From NCBI GenBank assembly GCA_964252035.1, contig OZ176209.1: a stretch of DNA of 64,000 bases. One strand, 5' to 3'. Origin of the DNA: Podarcis erhardii. Taxonomy: Eukaryota. The notes under the pieces were generated by a model. It searched no databases. It was given only the letters and a program-made list of their open reading frames with translations, and had not been told where the DNA came from. The translations under genes were made by a program, and so were the position numbers. Below, piece after piece: positions 13,193 to 24,771 of the stretch. Positions within the stretch are counted from its first letter, which is position 1; every line of letters begins with the position of its first letter.

Positions 13193-13315
13193 ACTAACTC
13201 GTCCAAGTCTCAGGAGCAGCTAAGAATCAGATACTGGGGGTTCTACAGAAATGTGTGGTGGTGTTATTTTGTGAGCAAACACAAATTCAGTGTAAACTTA
13301 AACTTCAAAGGATAC
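11688..13315 (-). other. U12-type (minor spliceosome) GT-AG intron, intron 37
   Basis: 5' site GTATCCTTT; branch motif TTCCTTAAC (11698-11706) about 10 nt from the 3' AG; no polypyrimidine tract. Confidence 0.92.
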
Positions 13316-13428
13316 CAGGCTTCTCTGCTTGCATCAGTGGCCTTGTATCACAGTGACGGCACATATGTTTGGTGTCACTCATTATGAATACTAAATTTGT
13401 ATTGGAAATCTTCTCTGCGTGAAAAAGT
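13316..13428 (-). CDS. CACNA2D1: CACNA2D1 exon 37 (113 nt) [37 protein letters not shown](D)
   Basis: tgcag|ACTTTT...AAGCCTG|gtatcctttg (U12-type donor). Confidence 0.95.
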
Positions 13429-14273
13429 CTGCAAACAGAAATGAAGCACAGAACAAATGTTTAATGCTGGGGGGAAAGGAACTTGCAGGCAATTTTCTAT
13501 AAGTACCTTTGACAACCAGGTAAACTCCAAAGGCTTAATGCAACTTTTGCACCATAAGCTACAAATAACCCGATTTTGTGCAAAGATCTCCCCACCTCAG
13601 TTGGGCAGTGAACAGATATATAATATATATTATATATTCAGAACCTGTCTTCTGCTCAACAAAATCAAACCTTCTATTTCCAAGCAATATGGACTGTAAA
13701 ACATGATGCCCATTGCTATTGAAGTATATATAAATGCAGCAAGGTAAACTCATCTTTGAGTGTCTTTACTAAGAGAGACACATTATGTGGAAATAAGGGA
13801 GAGAGCCTTTTCTGTGGTGACACCACAGCTGTGGAATATTCACCCCACAGTGAATAATACTGTCACCAATATTACAATCTTTTCAGTGCAAAGTTAAAAC
13901 CTGTTTATTTGTTGAAGCATTTTGAGCATTTAAAGTGTTGTTCTGTTAACTGTTCTGTTGTTTCTGTTGTTTTAAAATGTGCTTTATTTGATTACCCGTG
14001 TGCATGTGTGAAGTTTTGGTATTTTATATTGGTAAGATTTGCTGGCTATGCCTTTTGTACACGGTCTTGTTATCCATAAGAATGAATGGTAGGTTAAAAA
14101 AAAATTAAGTAAATGCATTAATACACATCTATATTTATATCATCTGTATCTATATCTACTTCATAACTGATAGTTTCGCATGAATAACTCAGTTGCTTCT
14201 TTAATATCAGAACACTATTAAGAAAGCATCAGAGGCACTTGGCATAATTTCATAATACTACGAAAATACCTAC

Positions 14274-14403
14274 CTAGAACAGTTTATGCAATCTAAAATG
14301 CCATAAAATGATTTTTCATCATTGGCAAAGAAATACTGAGTTTGTACTGTAATGCAGCTCTGTTTTGATGGGATGGCACTGAAGTCTTCCTCCTCCATTT
14401 CCA
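14274..14403 (-). CDS. CACNA2D1: CACNA2D1 exon 36 (130 nt) [42 protein letters not shown](R), start of delta chain
   Basis: cacag|TGGAAA...TTCTAG|gtaggt; lies within ORF 14270-14485. Confidence 0.97.
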
Positions 14404-14489
14404 CTGTGAGAAAGAAAACATGTTCAGCTCTGTGAGAAGCTTGATTATAAAAGCAAAGGAATGTCTCTGACACCTGATTCGTCACTTAC

Positions 14490-14545
14490 CGGCACTAAGA
14501 AAACGTGGGAAGGTGAGGCCCAGAAAGAGCTGCTGCAAGATAGAC
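14490..14545 (-). CDS. CACNA2D1: CACNA2D1 exon 35 (56 nt) SILQQLFLGLTFPRFLSA(V), alpha2/delta cleavage region
   Basis: tctag|GTCTAT...GCCG|gtaagt; followed by an 86-nt intron. Confidence 0.95.
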
Positions 14546-15314
14546 CTAGATACACAGGGGGGAAACAATGGAACAAGAGAGTAAGGAGCTGTGAGGAGGG
14601 ATAGTGCCTAAATCAGGCAGGCTTTAGCTCTAGGAGTGGGGCAGAGAATTCACTGTGTGAACTGGAGCAGGAGATGGCAGAGCAACCCACAGAACATTCC
14701 TGGAATGGAAGAAGGGGAGGGATCGCCTGCTCCTCTTTGAAGCATAGCTTTCCCTGTTTCACTGCATGGATTTGTTGAAATCTGCCTTTTCCCCTTTCTT
14801 CTTATTAAATGGTAACTGATCCCCTTCGTTTTGCCCCCTCTTTCCTACCAACTCCCTCCCTAAATTTCATTACAAAGAACATTTCAAGAAACCACTTGCA
14901 GGTGAAAAGAACAATAACAGCCCAAAGTCCAAACTGAGTCCAGACACCTCTGTGTCTGATATCATCACTGATAACCCGTTTTTTAAATATTCAGTCATGT
15001 TTGGGTTTCCTCTCTGGATTACCCTCCAATGCAGAAGTTCACTTTCATTGCAAAAACAAGGGTTCTTAATTTATGTTGAGTTGCACACCTCGTAAATATC
15101 TTCAGGAACCTCTGGGAAAAGATTTTGTAGCCCTATTTTGCAGTGACATTATTTAATGCTCAGCTAAAGACTGAGTAATTCTACATAATAAACTTGAACA
15201 AGAAGAATGTGGGGTGAAATCTCAGCTGGGCAAATTCATTCTGTATACATCGCTCGGTCAAGGCCCTCACATGTTCAAATGTATAATAAACCCTACCTGG
15301 AAAATTCAACTTAC

Positions 15315-15367
15315 CAAGCGGCTGCAGAGGCCCACCACCCTAGATGTAACATGTCTGCTATCGTAGG
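15315..15367 (-). CDS. CACNA2D1: CACNA2D1 exon 34 (53 nt) PTIADMLHLGWWASAAA(W)
   Basis: tctag|CCTACG...GCTTG|gtaagt. Confidence 0.96.
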
Positions 15368-15590
15368 CTAGAAAATAAAAGGCAATTGATATAAGGTTAG
15401 GATAATCTCTGAATGGGGGACAGTCACTTCCCTCCTGCTGTTTGTTGGACTACAACTTCAGTCATCCCTGACCCCTGGCCATGATGGCTGGGGCTGGTGG
15501 GAGGTGCAGTCCAATACGATTGCAAGGGCACCACATAGACTGGCCTGGTCTAAACACATGCAGGGATAATATTGACTGGGCAAAGGCAAG

Positions 15591-15967
15591 AGGTAAAGGT
15601 AAAGGACCCCTGGACAGTTAAGTCCAGTCAAAGGTGACTATGGGGTTGTGGCACTCATCTCGCTTTCAGGCCGAGGGAGCCAGCATTTGTCCACAGACAG
15701 CTTTCCGGGTCATGTGGCCAGCAGGACTAAACTGCTTCTGGTGCAACGAAACACCGTGATGGAAACCAGAGCGCACAGAAACACTGTTTATCTTCCTGCC
15801 GCAGCGGTACCCATTTATCTACTTGCACTGGTGTGCTTTCAAACTGCTAGATTGGCAGGAGCTGGGAGAGAGCAACGGGACCTCACCCTGTCGTGGGGAT
15901 TCAAACTGCTGACCTTCTGATCAGCAAGCCCAAGAGGCTCAGTGGTTTAGACCACAGCACCATCCAC
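15591..15967 (-). mobile_element. Sauria SINE in intron 33
   Basis: aggtaaaggtaaagg tail, body homologous to the other copies. Confidence 0.9.
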
Positions 15968-15989
15968 ATCCTGGCAAGAGGATACTGAC

Positions 15990-16142
15990 CACATAGACAG
16001 AGCGGAGTCCGGCTCCTTGCTTTGCTTCTTCTTCTGGGTCACACACAGACTGATAGTCATAAGACTTGTTAAAGGCATATAAGGACATGTTGATGAGATT
16101 TCGCATGAGGCCAGGGTCAATCTCACCAAAGAATTTTCCGAT
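15990..16142 (-). CDS. CACNA2D1: CACNA2D1 exon 33 (153 nt) [51 protein letters not shown]
   Basis: attag|ATCGGA...TATGTG|gtcagt. Confidence 0.97.
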
Positions 16143-17089
16143 CTAATGAAGGAAAAGAGATTGTTTAAAAAGAAAGAAAGACACTTCTCTTCAAACAGAC
16201 TGGGAGACATAATAGTTCTTATATTTACACCCTGATAGGACTTAATGTGGCTTTCAGATTAAAAGAAGAATTGTTAAAAACACAGGAAAAAACAATAATT
16301 TAAAAAATTAAATGTTATTTTTAATGTGTGTTTTTTTAATTAACAAATAATGCAACCAGCAACATTTTGGGTGCAATATAGCTGACAATACTTGGAAGCT
16401 TTGGCCTGGGGCATCAAAACTGCCTGCAGAATGGCAATGAATTATTACAAATGGAAGGCTCTTCATCTAAGTAAAAGGAGCAATAAAAAAGGAGAAAGGA
16501 CATATTAATTCAAAGCCTGAACCCATAGTTAACTACTCTATAGGTATAGATTTAAAGAAGGCTAGATCTAGGGGTGGAAAATTACAAACTTTTTTATGTC
16601 AGACTAATCCACACAGTTGTTTTCCAATGCATGTCTCACTTCTGGATCTCAATTTGACTCAAGTTCCCCTCCCCTTCATTTCCATTAAAATACACGTTTT
16701 TAAAATGAACAACAAAAACTGTGTGCTTGCATATTATATACATTTCATGCACACATAAAGCTGCTTTTTGTTTCCCTGACCTCCCTCCTTCTCCATCCCA
16801 CACACCGGGCAGCACCTTCGACTCCCTTCCCACTCCCAGTTCAGTCCTACTCACTGCACTTAGGACACACAAGGTTTGTTTTAGGCTCAGTCTTTCAGCT
16901 CAGTCAGAGAGCAGAGCAGGTGAGTTTTAAATTCAAAATTATATACTTCTTGATGGTGTGTGCATAATAATGTTTTGAGTTTGTCTAGGAATCTGTATTC
17001 TATTTACATGTAAGCCACCTTTGGAGCACTTTTGAAAGGCAGGATATAAAGTTTTTAAATAAATAAATTATTATTATAGTTTAGAAGAC

Positions 17090-17225
17090 ATCTGAAGACA
17101 GCCCTGTTTAGGGAAGTTTTTAATGACTGATGTTTTAATGTATTTTTAAACTTTTGTTGGAAGCTGCCCAGAGTGGCTGGGGAAACCCAGCCAGATGGGC
17201 GGAGTATAAATTATTATTATTATTA
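17090..17225 (+). mobile_element. L2-clade LINE 3' end
   Basis: gccctgtttagggaagtttttaat...gcccagagtggctggggaaacccagccagatgggcgg plus ATT tail, same as 26130-26300. Confidence 0.8.
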
Positions 17226-17908
17226 GGGGGGACGCATTTGTGTAAGTTCATAGCAGAGGTTCATTTGATGCTCTTTTCAGTGATATGCATAAGGCAGGTG
17301 TGTATCAGCCACAACTAGAGACTAGTGAATCTGTCCACTTTTGTTCCTCTCTGTTTCTCATTTTTCCAATGAGTTCTCATTTCCACATCAGTCTCCCGGA
17401 AAACCCATCACTGAATTTATCCTAAAAAGAGCATTTACATGCAACTTTGCACAACATAGCACATTCATGCAAAGCAATGTCCCCTAATGCAATGCATTTT
17501 AAAATCTTCGTTAATGTATAAGTTTTTATGCACATTTTAACCTAGTGTATAAATTTTTGTAAACGTGACTTGGCTGGAGAACTGCAATGCAAAATTCAGA
17601 GAAGTGCAAGTTTCAATGGACTGCTGTGTTTGGGTTCACCTAATGTTTCAAAAAGTGAACATTAAGTTTGTACCCTGTTCTATTTTCACATAACACACTT
17701 TATGATCAATGGTGAAGGAAAAAAGATTGGCTTGCACAGTCCTGTACTCTTGTCATAGATACAGATTTTGAATGAGAGAGTTGTCTTGGCTGTTCTAATT
17801 TGGTTATTATGAAATCTGAAATCTTAAGTCAAACTTAAACTTGTAATTTGATTTGATAAAAAAAACAGCACTTTGATTGTAAGACAACTTGATCTGTATC
17901 ACACTTAC

Positions 17909-17980
17909 CTCTTGCATATCCCATTCCTGATTTGTCATCAAAAGAAATCCTCCATCATCAAGGATAACACAGTCAACATG
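17909..17980 (-). CDS. CACNA2D1: CACNA2D1 exon 32 (72 nt) HVDCVILDDGGFLLMTNQEWDMQE
   Basis: tgcag|CATGTT...CAAGAG|gtaagt. Confidence 0.96.
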
Positions 17981-18659
17981 CTGCAAGAAAGACAAGGAAG
18001 ACAATAGGGGGGAAATTATTATTTGCTTTATAGTCACAATTCAGAACATACGTGTTGAGCTGAGCACTAGCCCCATGCCAGCCTAAGGAGAATGAGTTTT
18101 GCCACCTGGGTAAATGTGTATAGGACATAGTTACTATAGTTGTAGTTACCTTTCCAGTTATAAAATAATAGTCAGCAGTTTTCTTAATGATAATATTACT
18201 CACTGAAGATAAACAAAAAGGGAGAAATCATTTGCTATTGCCCATCATTTCATTAAGAAAAAGCTACTGCCCCCCCCCCCAATCTACTCATAAACTATAG
18301 TACTGGCACCAGTCACTCTTATAGCTGCTAAAGACAGAATTGAAACATATGCAGCTTTTAACTCTTATTTGTTTGATCTCTCACTACAGCACCAATTATT
18401 TCATTGCTGTTGTTTCCATTCATAAATAATGACAATGTTCTAATAATGTATTTTGATTCCAATTTTTGTTGTTGTATGCTTGGTTTGATGGCAGGATCTT
18501 TATACTCAGTCGGATGCCGTGGAGATCACACAAAGCATCCAAGAGAGGGGAATGAATATGAGCAGCTGGGATTGTTCATCTTAGTCTCAGTTTAGATGTG
18601 ACTGCGCATATAAGATCTCTGGATTGGTGCAAAGAAAACATGTCTCAATGGCAGCAAGA

Positions 18660-18785
18660 TGATCATTGAATCAGAATTGTTGGAAGGGACCACAAGGGTC
18701 ATCTAGTCCAACCCCTGCAACACAGGAATCTTTTGCGCAACATGGGGCTTGAACCCACGACCCTGAGATTAAGAGTCTCGTGCTC
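18660..18785 (-). mobile_element. tRNA-derived SINE with CR1 tail (Squam3-like)
   Basis: Reverse tRNA-like segment ggcttgaacccacgaccctgagattaagagtc joined to a CR1-type 3' end. Confidence 0.7.
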
Positions 18786-19131
18786 AGAGCGTTTTCCAGC
18801 TGAAACTCACTGGAACTCAGTTCCGACACCTCTCAGGTGGGCGCCATTGCCATTATAAGTGTACAAGGGGTTCAGTGTATGTTCCAACACCTCTTTTTCT
18901 AGAAAAATAGCACTGCTCATGTTCTGCTGATGGAAGTATTCCAGGGATGGATAATAGTAAGATAATGCTTATCATTGACATAGTGTCTTTGTGCTTCAAA
19001 GCAAATATGCCATCCTTACAACAATCTTATAAGGCAGGCCAGGATGCGGCAAGGAGTCTACCCTGTAGAGGCATCACCCACAAACATGGCTTCAGTATCT
19101 GCAAATGATTTATTCATGAACACATTCTTAC

Positions 19132-19170
19132 CCGACTGTTCTTTTCACATCCACACAGTTCACTTTTGCA
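19132..19170 (-). CDS. CACNA2D1: CACNA2D1 exon 31 (39 nt) CKSELCGCEKNSR
   Basis: ttcag|TGCAAA...AGTCGG|gtaaga; CxxxxCxCxxN pattern. Confidence 0.93.
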
Positions 19171-19991
19171 CTGAAAAATAGACATATAATGCAACATATG
19201 AAACCTGTTCTTAAACAAAGAATGATGATATTCAATCTAGAGTTGTGCTCATGCTGCTTTTGTAGCCAGGTCAAATGTCAAGTATTTAGGCAGAATATTT
19301 ACATTTGTCAAAATTCACCATTGTTGCTCAACAGCTTGCATTAACTGCCGTTGCAAGGCCACAGGACAATATTTCAGAACATTTCCAAGAGCCAAGAACT
19401 TGCACACTAATCCAACATAAAGTAAAATGCTCAAAGTCAGGCAAAAGTATTAGTTCTGCAACTCCTGAATAACCAGACTTCCAATGAAAGTTACATATGC
19501 TGAAAAAGGTACTTAGGAAGATGGATTCTTGACAAATCTGGTAGGTAACTCGTCCTACTCCCAGATTTACTACTCTTGCCCACACGTTCCTTTCTTCACC
19601 TTGAAGGGAATGTCCAAGGAGCTGGACACCCCACCCCCAGCAGCTGCTTATTCCTCCTTTATTCCTTCTTCTCCCACCCTAGATACATTTGAGGGTGCTT
19701 GGAAAGGAGGGAAAAGTGGAAGGACAAGCAGTGGTAGAATAAAGCAGGACTCTGTTTAGGCCATCTCTACTCAGCATGGCGATCAATCAAAGGCACTTGA
19801 TGTTACTATTGGATATTGGTAACAATTATATCCACTGCATAACTTCTGCCCATTTATTTATGTATGAATGTTTGAATCAATATTTCCAATTGGATACTGA
19901 GCTGTAGCGGAGGAGCACACAATAAAACAATCCTAGATGTAAGTTGAAGTATTCACATTAATGCTCAAAAGAAAAGCTACAAGTTCCTCAC

Positions 19992-20059
19992 CTGATTCTT
20001 TGTAGTGATTTTGGTGAAATTTTCCATCCAGTTGGTCACATTGATTTTTACTCCAACAA
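19992..20059 (-). CDS. CACNA2D1: CACNA2D1 exon 30 (68 nt) VGVKINVTNWMENFTKITTKNQ
   Basis: gttag|TTGTTG...AATCAG|gtgagg. Confidence 0.95.
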
Positions 20060-20099
20060 CTAACAGGGAATACACAATATATAAGGGAAGTCAGTCAGT

Positions 20100-20260
20100 T
20101 AAGGAGGATATATGGTCAATGGTTTCAAATGCCACCGAAAGACCAAGAAAGACGAAGTGTTGCATCCCTCCATTCTTCTCCCAATAAAGGTCATCCATCA
20201 GGGCAACCAAGACCAATTTAGTCTCACAATCAGGTCTGAACTCAAATTGAAATTGGAGAA
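20100..20260 (-). mobile_element. L2-clade reverse-transcriptase fragment
   Basis: FQFEFRPDCETKLVLVALMDDL...LGLSVAFETIDH resembles the L2 RT motif FQSGFRP..TETAL..LDLSAAFDTIDH. Confidence 0.75.
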
Positions 20261-20503
20261 GGTAATCAGTTTCATCCAAGAGTGCTTGCAACTGTCTTAC
20301 CAATACTCCTTTGTTCATATTCCCTCAAAAGGGAAAAACTAATAAACAGCTTTATTCAGAAATCTGTGGGACCTTTAGCATGGTCAAAGAGACTTACAAG
20401 TATGCTAAGTAATGCAGATTTGCTCTTTAAAACAAGAACTTCAGTTGCTGTTTACTATGTCTAATAACAACAGTCAAGAAATGTCAATATTATTCCTTCC
20501 CAC

Positions 20504-20581
20504 CTGCAGGTTTCAGAAGTTTTCCATTGACGGTTATTTTCACAGCCTTGCTGACCATAATGCCATCTTCAGATACGCTTC
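20504..20581 (-). CDS. CACNA2D1: CACNA2D1 exon 29 (78 nt) SVSEDGIMVSKAVKITVNGKLLKPA(V)
   Basis: (cctt)n atctcag|GAAGCG...CCTGCAG|gtggga. Confidence 0.94.
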
Positions 20582-20590
20582 CTGAGATAA

Positions 20591-20650
20591 GGAAGGAAGG
20601 AAGGAAGGAAGGAAGGAAGGAAGGAAGGAAGGAAGGAAGGAAGGAAGGAA
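20591..20650. repeat. (GGAA)n/(CCTT)n microsatellite abutting the exon 29 acceptor
   Basis: About 15 perfect GGAA units directly visible. Confidence 0.97.
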
Positions 20651-20764
20651 ACCCAAACATTTAATAGATGACTATGAAACAGTCTTGGTGTGTCAGAGAG
20701 AAACCAAATAAACTGGGTTGTATCTGTTTGTAGATTAGGTTGTGCCTGTTTGCAATTCACCATG

Positions 20765-20918
20765 AATAGGTGGCTCAGTTGGTTAGAGCATGGTGCTGAT
20801 AATGCCAAGGTCGTGCATTCCAATTCCTGTATGGGCCAGTTGGATATTTCTCCACTGCAGGGGGTTGGACTAGATGATCCTTTGAGTCCCTTCTAACCAC
20901 ACAATTCTATGATTCTAT
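20765..20918 (+). mobile_element. tRNA-derived SINE with CR1 tail (Squam3-like)
   Basis: TGGCTCAGTTGGTTAGAGC A-box head; gggggttggactagatg...attctatgattctat tail. Confidence 0.8.
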
Positions 20919-21224
20919 AAATGCCTCCCAGGATTGTGCTATCGAATTAAATTCCTAACACCAGAGGAAGCCCTAACCTAACTATGGAAGTCAGGATCAT
21001 GCTTCACTGACTCAACTGCAGCTTCCTACAAATCCTTTGGCAACATTTCCTGACTTCTAGCTAAAACTTTTGAGAAACAGACATGCATAATTGCTATATG
21101 GTAATCTTCATAGCCATTATGTATACTTTTCCAGATGTCTTCAACATTCCATAGTTGTGTAATATGGATAGACCGTACTGTATCTGGAGTTTAACAAGAT
21201 AATTTTGGGTGCCCAGTGACTTAC

Positions 21225-21328
21225 TGTTATAGAAGGGAGCTGTGAAGATGTAGTTTTCATTATCTAAACTCCTTTTGTAGAAGCTCTCTTCATAGGTTTC
21301 AGGATTTTCTGTCCAATATTCTCCTGCA
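21225..21328 (-). CDS. CACNA2D1: CACNA2D1 exon 28 (104 nt) [34 protein letters not shown](R)
   Basis: ttcag|TGCAGG...TAACA|gtaagt; lies within ORF 21094-21336. Confidence 0.97.
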
Positions 21329-21577
21329 CTGAACATGAGACATTAATGTCATCTTTTTGTCTTAATTCTCACATGTTTTCTTATCCTGTGCATGCCTAAT
21401 CTGAAGGAAGCTCCACTGAATTCAATGGGGCTTACTCACAGGAAAGTGTGGGGAACATTTGGCTCTTCACATTCACCACCTGACCACTGACCCTGCTGGC
21501 CGGGGCTGATGGGAGTTAAAACAGCAGCGTTGGGAGGGTCTCAGGCTTCCCACCACTGGGCTCTAGGATTGAAATCT

Positions 21578-21697
21578 AAGGCTTGACAACCATATGTCAG
21601 GAGTGCTCTGATGGTGTTTCCTGCTTGGCAGGGGGTTGGACTCGATGGCCCTTGTGGTCTCTTCCAACTCTATGATTCTATGATTCTATGATTCTAT
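21578..21697 (+). mobile_element. CR1 LINE 3' end, young
   Basis: Ends in (ATTCTATG)n; identical to the 3' part of 22755-23022. Confidence 0.9.
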
Positions 21698-22754
21698 GGC
21701 TGCAATCCATTTATTTGGGAGTAAGGCCCATTGAAATTAGCTAAATTTACTTCTGAGTAGACTGTAGGATTGTACTGCTTGTTAATGTTACTGAAAACCT
21801 TAAAATGTGACTCATTGTAATAATATAGCTCCCTGCATATGTTCACATTACAGAAAATGGCTCGCTCAAACAATCCTAGACAGCCAGGATTCTACCTGGC
21901 GTAAGATCAAGAGGTCTCAGGTCCATGAGCTACGTCTCCTAGTTAATCTCCAGTCAAAATCCAACCATCTACAGGAGACAATCAGCAATCTGGGAAATCC
22001 CATTATTAAGTTTGGGATCTCCACAACCCCATTCTGACTTCCAACTCTGAAATGCTGTGAAAACCTGAAACTGGTTACAGACATAAGCCGAGTGCTCAAC
22101 TAATTCCACATGCCCAAAGGGAATTTGAGCTTATGTTTCTTGAATAGCAGCCTTTCAACACCAGCAACAAACCACTTTTGAAATCGAGGTACTTTTTTTT
22201 AAAAAAGTTAGTGATAAAGGATTTGTGTCTGCCTTTGTTTTCCTTTTCAGTTCCACAGGCTGTGTTCTGAGGAAGCTCACTGGATCTTGGCTATACTATA
22301 CAAGGAGGATTCAGCACAAACTTTCCTTGTTACATTTTGTCTTGTACAGTAACTGAATTTCAAAATATGAAAAACACGGTTTGTTCAAAATGTATCTACT
22401 GTAATTTATGAGAATTACAACTTTATAATATGCCAGTCAAGGGCATATTATTTTCAATGTCTGGGTATGGGAATCAAACCTAGGGCATGGACATTGATTC
22501 CGAGTACCACCCTCTGTTTCCTCCCTATGGGTCAGAATATTATATTTGGAGTATTCAATATATTTGTTGTGAAGACTCTTACTTTAATACTCCATTACCA
22601 AGTGACAATTTCAATGGGGGCTTGCAAGAACTTCAGCCACTATCCGACCCTGAGTTAGGCAGGCTTAAGAAATTAGGTGAGGTATGTGTTGTATGTAATA
22701 TATGTAATGTAATGTTTATATATTGTTTTGTAATGTAATGTAATGTTTATATAT

Positions 22755-23022
22755 TGTTTTGCTCCGCGGACACGGAGCAATGGTTCCAAACTACAAGAAA
22801 GAAGATTCCACCTAAACATTAGGAAGAACTTCCTGACAGTGAGAGCTGTTTGACAGTGGAATTTGCTGCCAAGGAGTGTGGTGGAGTCTCCTTCTTTGGA
22901 GGTCTTTAAGCAGAGGCTTGACAACCATATGTCAGGAGTGCTCTGATGGTGTTTCCTGCTTGGCAGGGGGTTGGACTCGATGGCCCTTGTGGTCTCTTCC
23001 AACTCTATGATTCTATGATTCT
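22755..23022 (+). mobile_element. CR1 LINE 3' end (about 270 bp), young
   Basis: Encodes KLQERRFHLNIRKNFLTVRAV, typical of the CR1 ORF2 end; ATTCTATG tail. Confidence 0.92.
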
Positions 23023-23128
23023 AATGTATTGATATTTATAATAAAATGATTTTTTTAAAAAGGCATGCTTAAGAAATTGATTTTGCCAGTGTCTCTGTTG
23101 TATTTCTTAGAAAAAAACAGACCCTTAC

Positions 23129-23191
23129 CTTTTGGGATACACTCTAGTGATCCCTCCATCTGTAGCTACAAATCGTGCTGTAATTCCCTCA
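23129..23191 (-). CDS. CACNA2D1: CACNA2D1 exon 27 (63 nt) EGITARFVATDGGITRVYPK(S)
   Basis: cacag|TGAGGG...CAAAAG|gtaagg. Confidence 0.96.
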
Positions 23192-23450
23192 CTGTGGGAG
23201 GAAGAAAAGAGAGACAGAAATATTCGAATTGAACTGAATTTGGAATGATTGGCAGCCCTTTGTACATAATATTCACAAGTTTTTCTAAAATAGTCTAAAA
23301 CACAAATGTGTGCATTTTCATATACTTAATGCCATGTGTGTTCCTTGTGTGCTCTAATTATCAGAAATGATCCAGTATTATTTCAACACACCATTAAAAC
23401 CCGCAGAAATAGCCATATTGTTTAGTAGGGGGAAGGAAAATAACACTCAC

Positions 23451-23532
23451 GGGTCCTGCTTACTCCAGTAATTCTGAACAAGTTCACTTGTAAATCCTGC
23501 ATCCAGCAAAGCTCTCATAACCATATCATTAC
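23451..23532 (-). CDS. CACNA2D1: CACNA2D1 exon 26 (82 nt) [26 protein letters not shown](P)
   Basis: gatag|GTAATG...GACCC|gtgagt. Confidence 0.95.
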
Positions 23533-23627
23533 CTATCAAAGGAAACAAGCCAAAGGTTAATTAAGATCACAGGAAGCTGCCAAGTCAGATCATTGGTCCA
23601 TATAGTTCAATACTGATTACACTGAGT

Positions 23628-24755
23628 GTTTTTTTTAAGAATATTTTTTTATTAACCAACCAACCAATCACATCAAATCAAACCAAATTACATAAATTCC
23701 AAATTACACAGCCGAATTTTAATTTTTTGTTGGGGGTACCCATATTTCAAGTTCCGAAGGGATCCAATCAACTTCTTGCTTCTTACTGCTGTTTTAATGT
23801 CCACAAATCTAACCTTATGATGTTTACAGTACTATCCAGTCCTTTCTTATTATTTTTCCACATCTCTTGTTGTTATTTTCATATATTTTTCCTTTCTCTT
23901 TGTGACCTCTGATAGTCTCTGCAAGCTGGTTAGAACAGTTTGTAATCCTGTGTGGATATTATTTTTTATTATCCAGTAGCCATATCCAGACGTTTTCCAT
24001 ATAACATCACTTCCATACATCAAAACAGTCTTAGCGTCATTAATCTTCACCAATCTGCCTCCTTTCTCAAAACCTCTGAGGAGATTCACTAGGAATGCAG
24101 TCTGAAAACAAGTCCATTCTTCCTCCCGGCTATAAATCCTTTGGCAAGATGGCAACTCCGAATTAATTGCTGCGCCATTCCCAAAAGCTCTTATTGCTTC
24201 TCGGTCTCCATAAAGCATACTTTTGGTTAAAGTTTATCTCCACACAGACCTTAATCATCCTGCTTGGGTCAGTTCAACCGACGGTTCTAATGAGGAGGGG
24301 TTCTTGTAAATCACATAGAAGGAAAGTAAAAAAGTCCCCCCCCCCATTCAGCCCTGTTGTCAACATACCCTGCCTTTGGTGTATCTTCATCGTAAAATAT
24401 TCCTGTTTCTCCAGACCGTCGTCTTCTTTCGCAGAGGTCACTTAAATTAGCAGACTTCACTCCCCTTCTTCACTTGAAATATGTGCATTTGCTTCTTTTG
24501 TAATTAATTATTCCAAATTGCTGCAACTAGTGTGCGATCAGAGACAGCGTCCAGGAGAGCCGAGGTCCACACGGGGGCATTCTGCCTAGGGCCCTCACCC
24601 CCTTCTTTCGAATTAGGGGGTGATTTATGGGCACAGCAGGCAAGGGCAGTGTTCCCCATTTCCTTGGGGTAACAAGGGAGGCTGCCTACTCCCATAACAG
24701 CCTCTTAATTACCCCGTGTGGGTCAGAGAGATGGTATTGTCGGCCATCTTCCAAT
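23628..24755 (-). mobile_element. L1-related element: poly(A) 3' end, degenerate ORF2 C-terminus, putative 5'UTR
   Basis: Minus strand ends aataaaaaaaatattcttaaaaaaaa; degenerate KSFWE and RKDW motifs; GGAAGATGGCCG near 24742-24753. Confidence 0.55.
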
Positions 24756-24771
24756 GCGCCCCCTAGTGGCC
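24755..24771 (-). promoter_or_regulatory. CTCF consensus motif
   Basis: GGCCACTAGGGGGCGCA on the minus strand matches the CTCF core consensus. Confidence 0.65.

Noticed and set aside
20765-20840. tRNA gene
   Set aside because: A-box present but no full cloverleaf, and it is fused to a CR1-type tail, so it is a SINE head. The same applies to 18730-18785 and the Sauria SINE heads.
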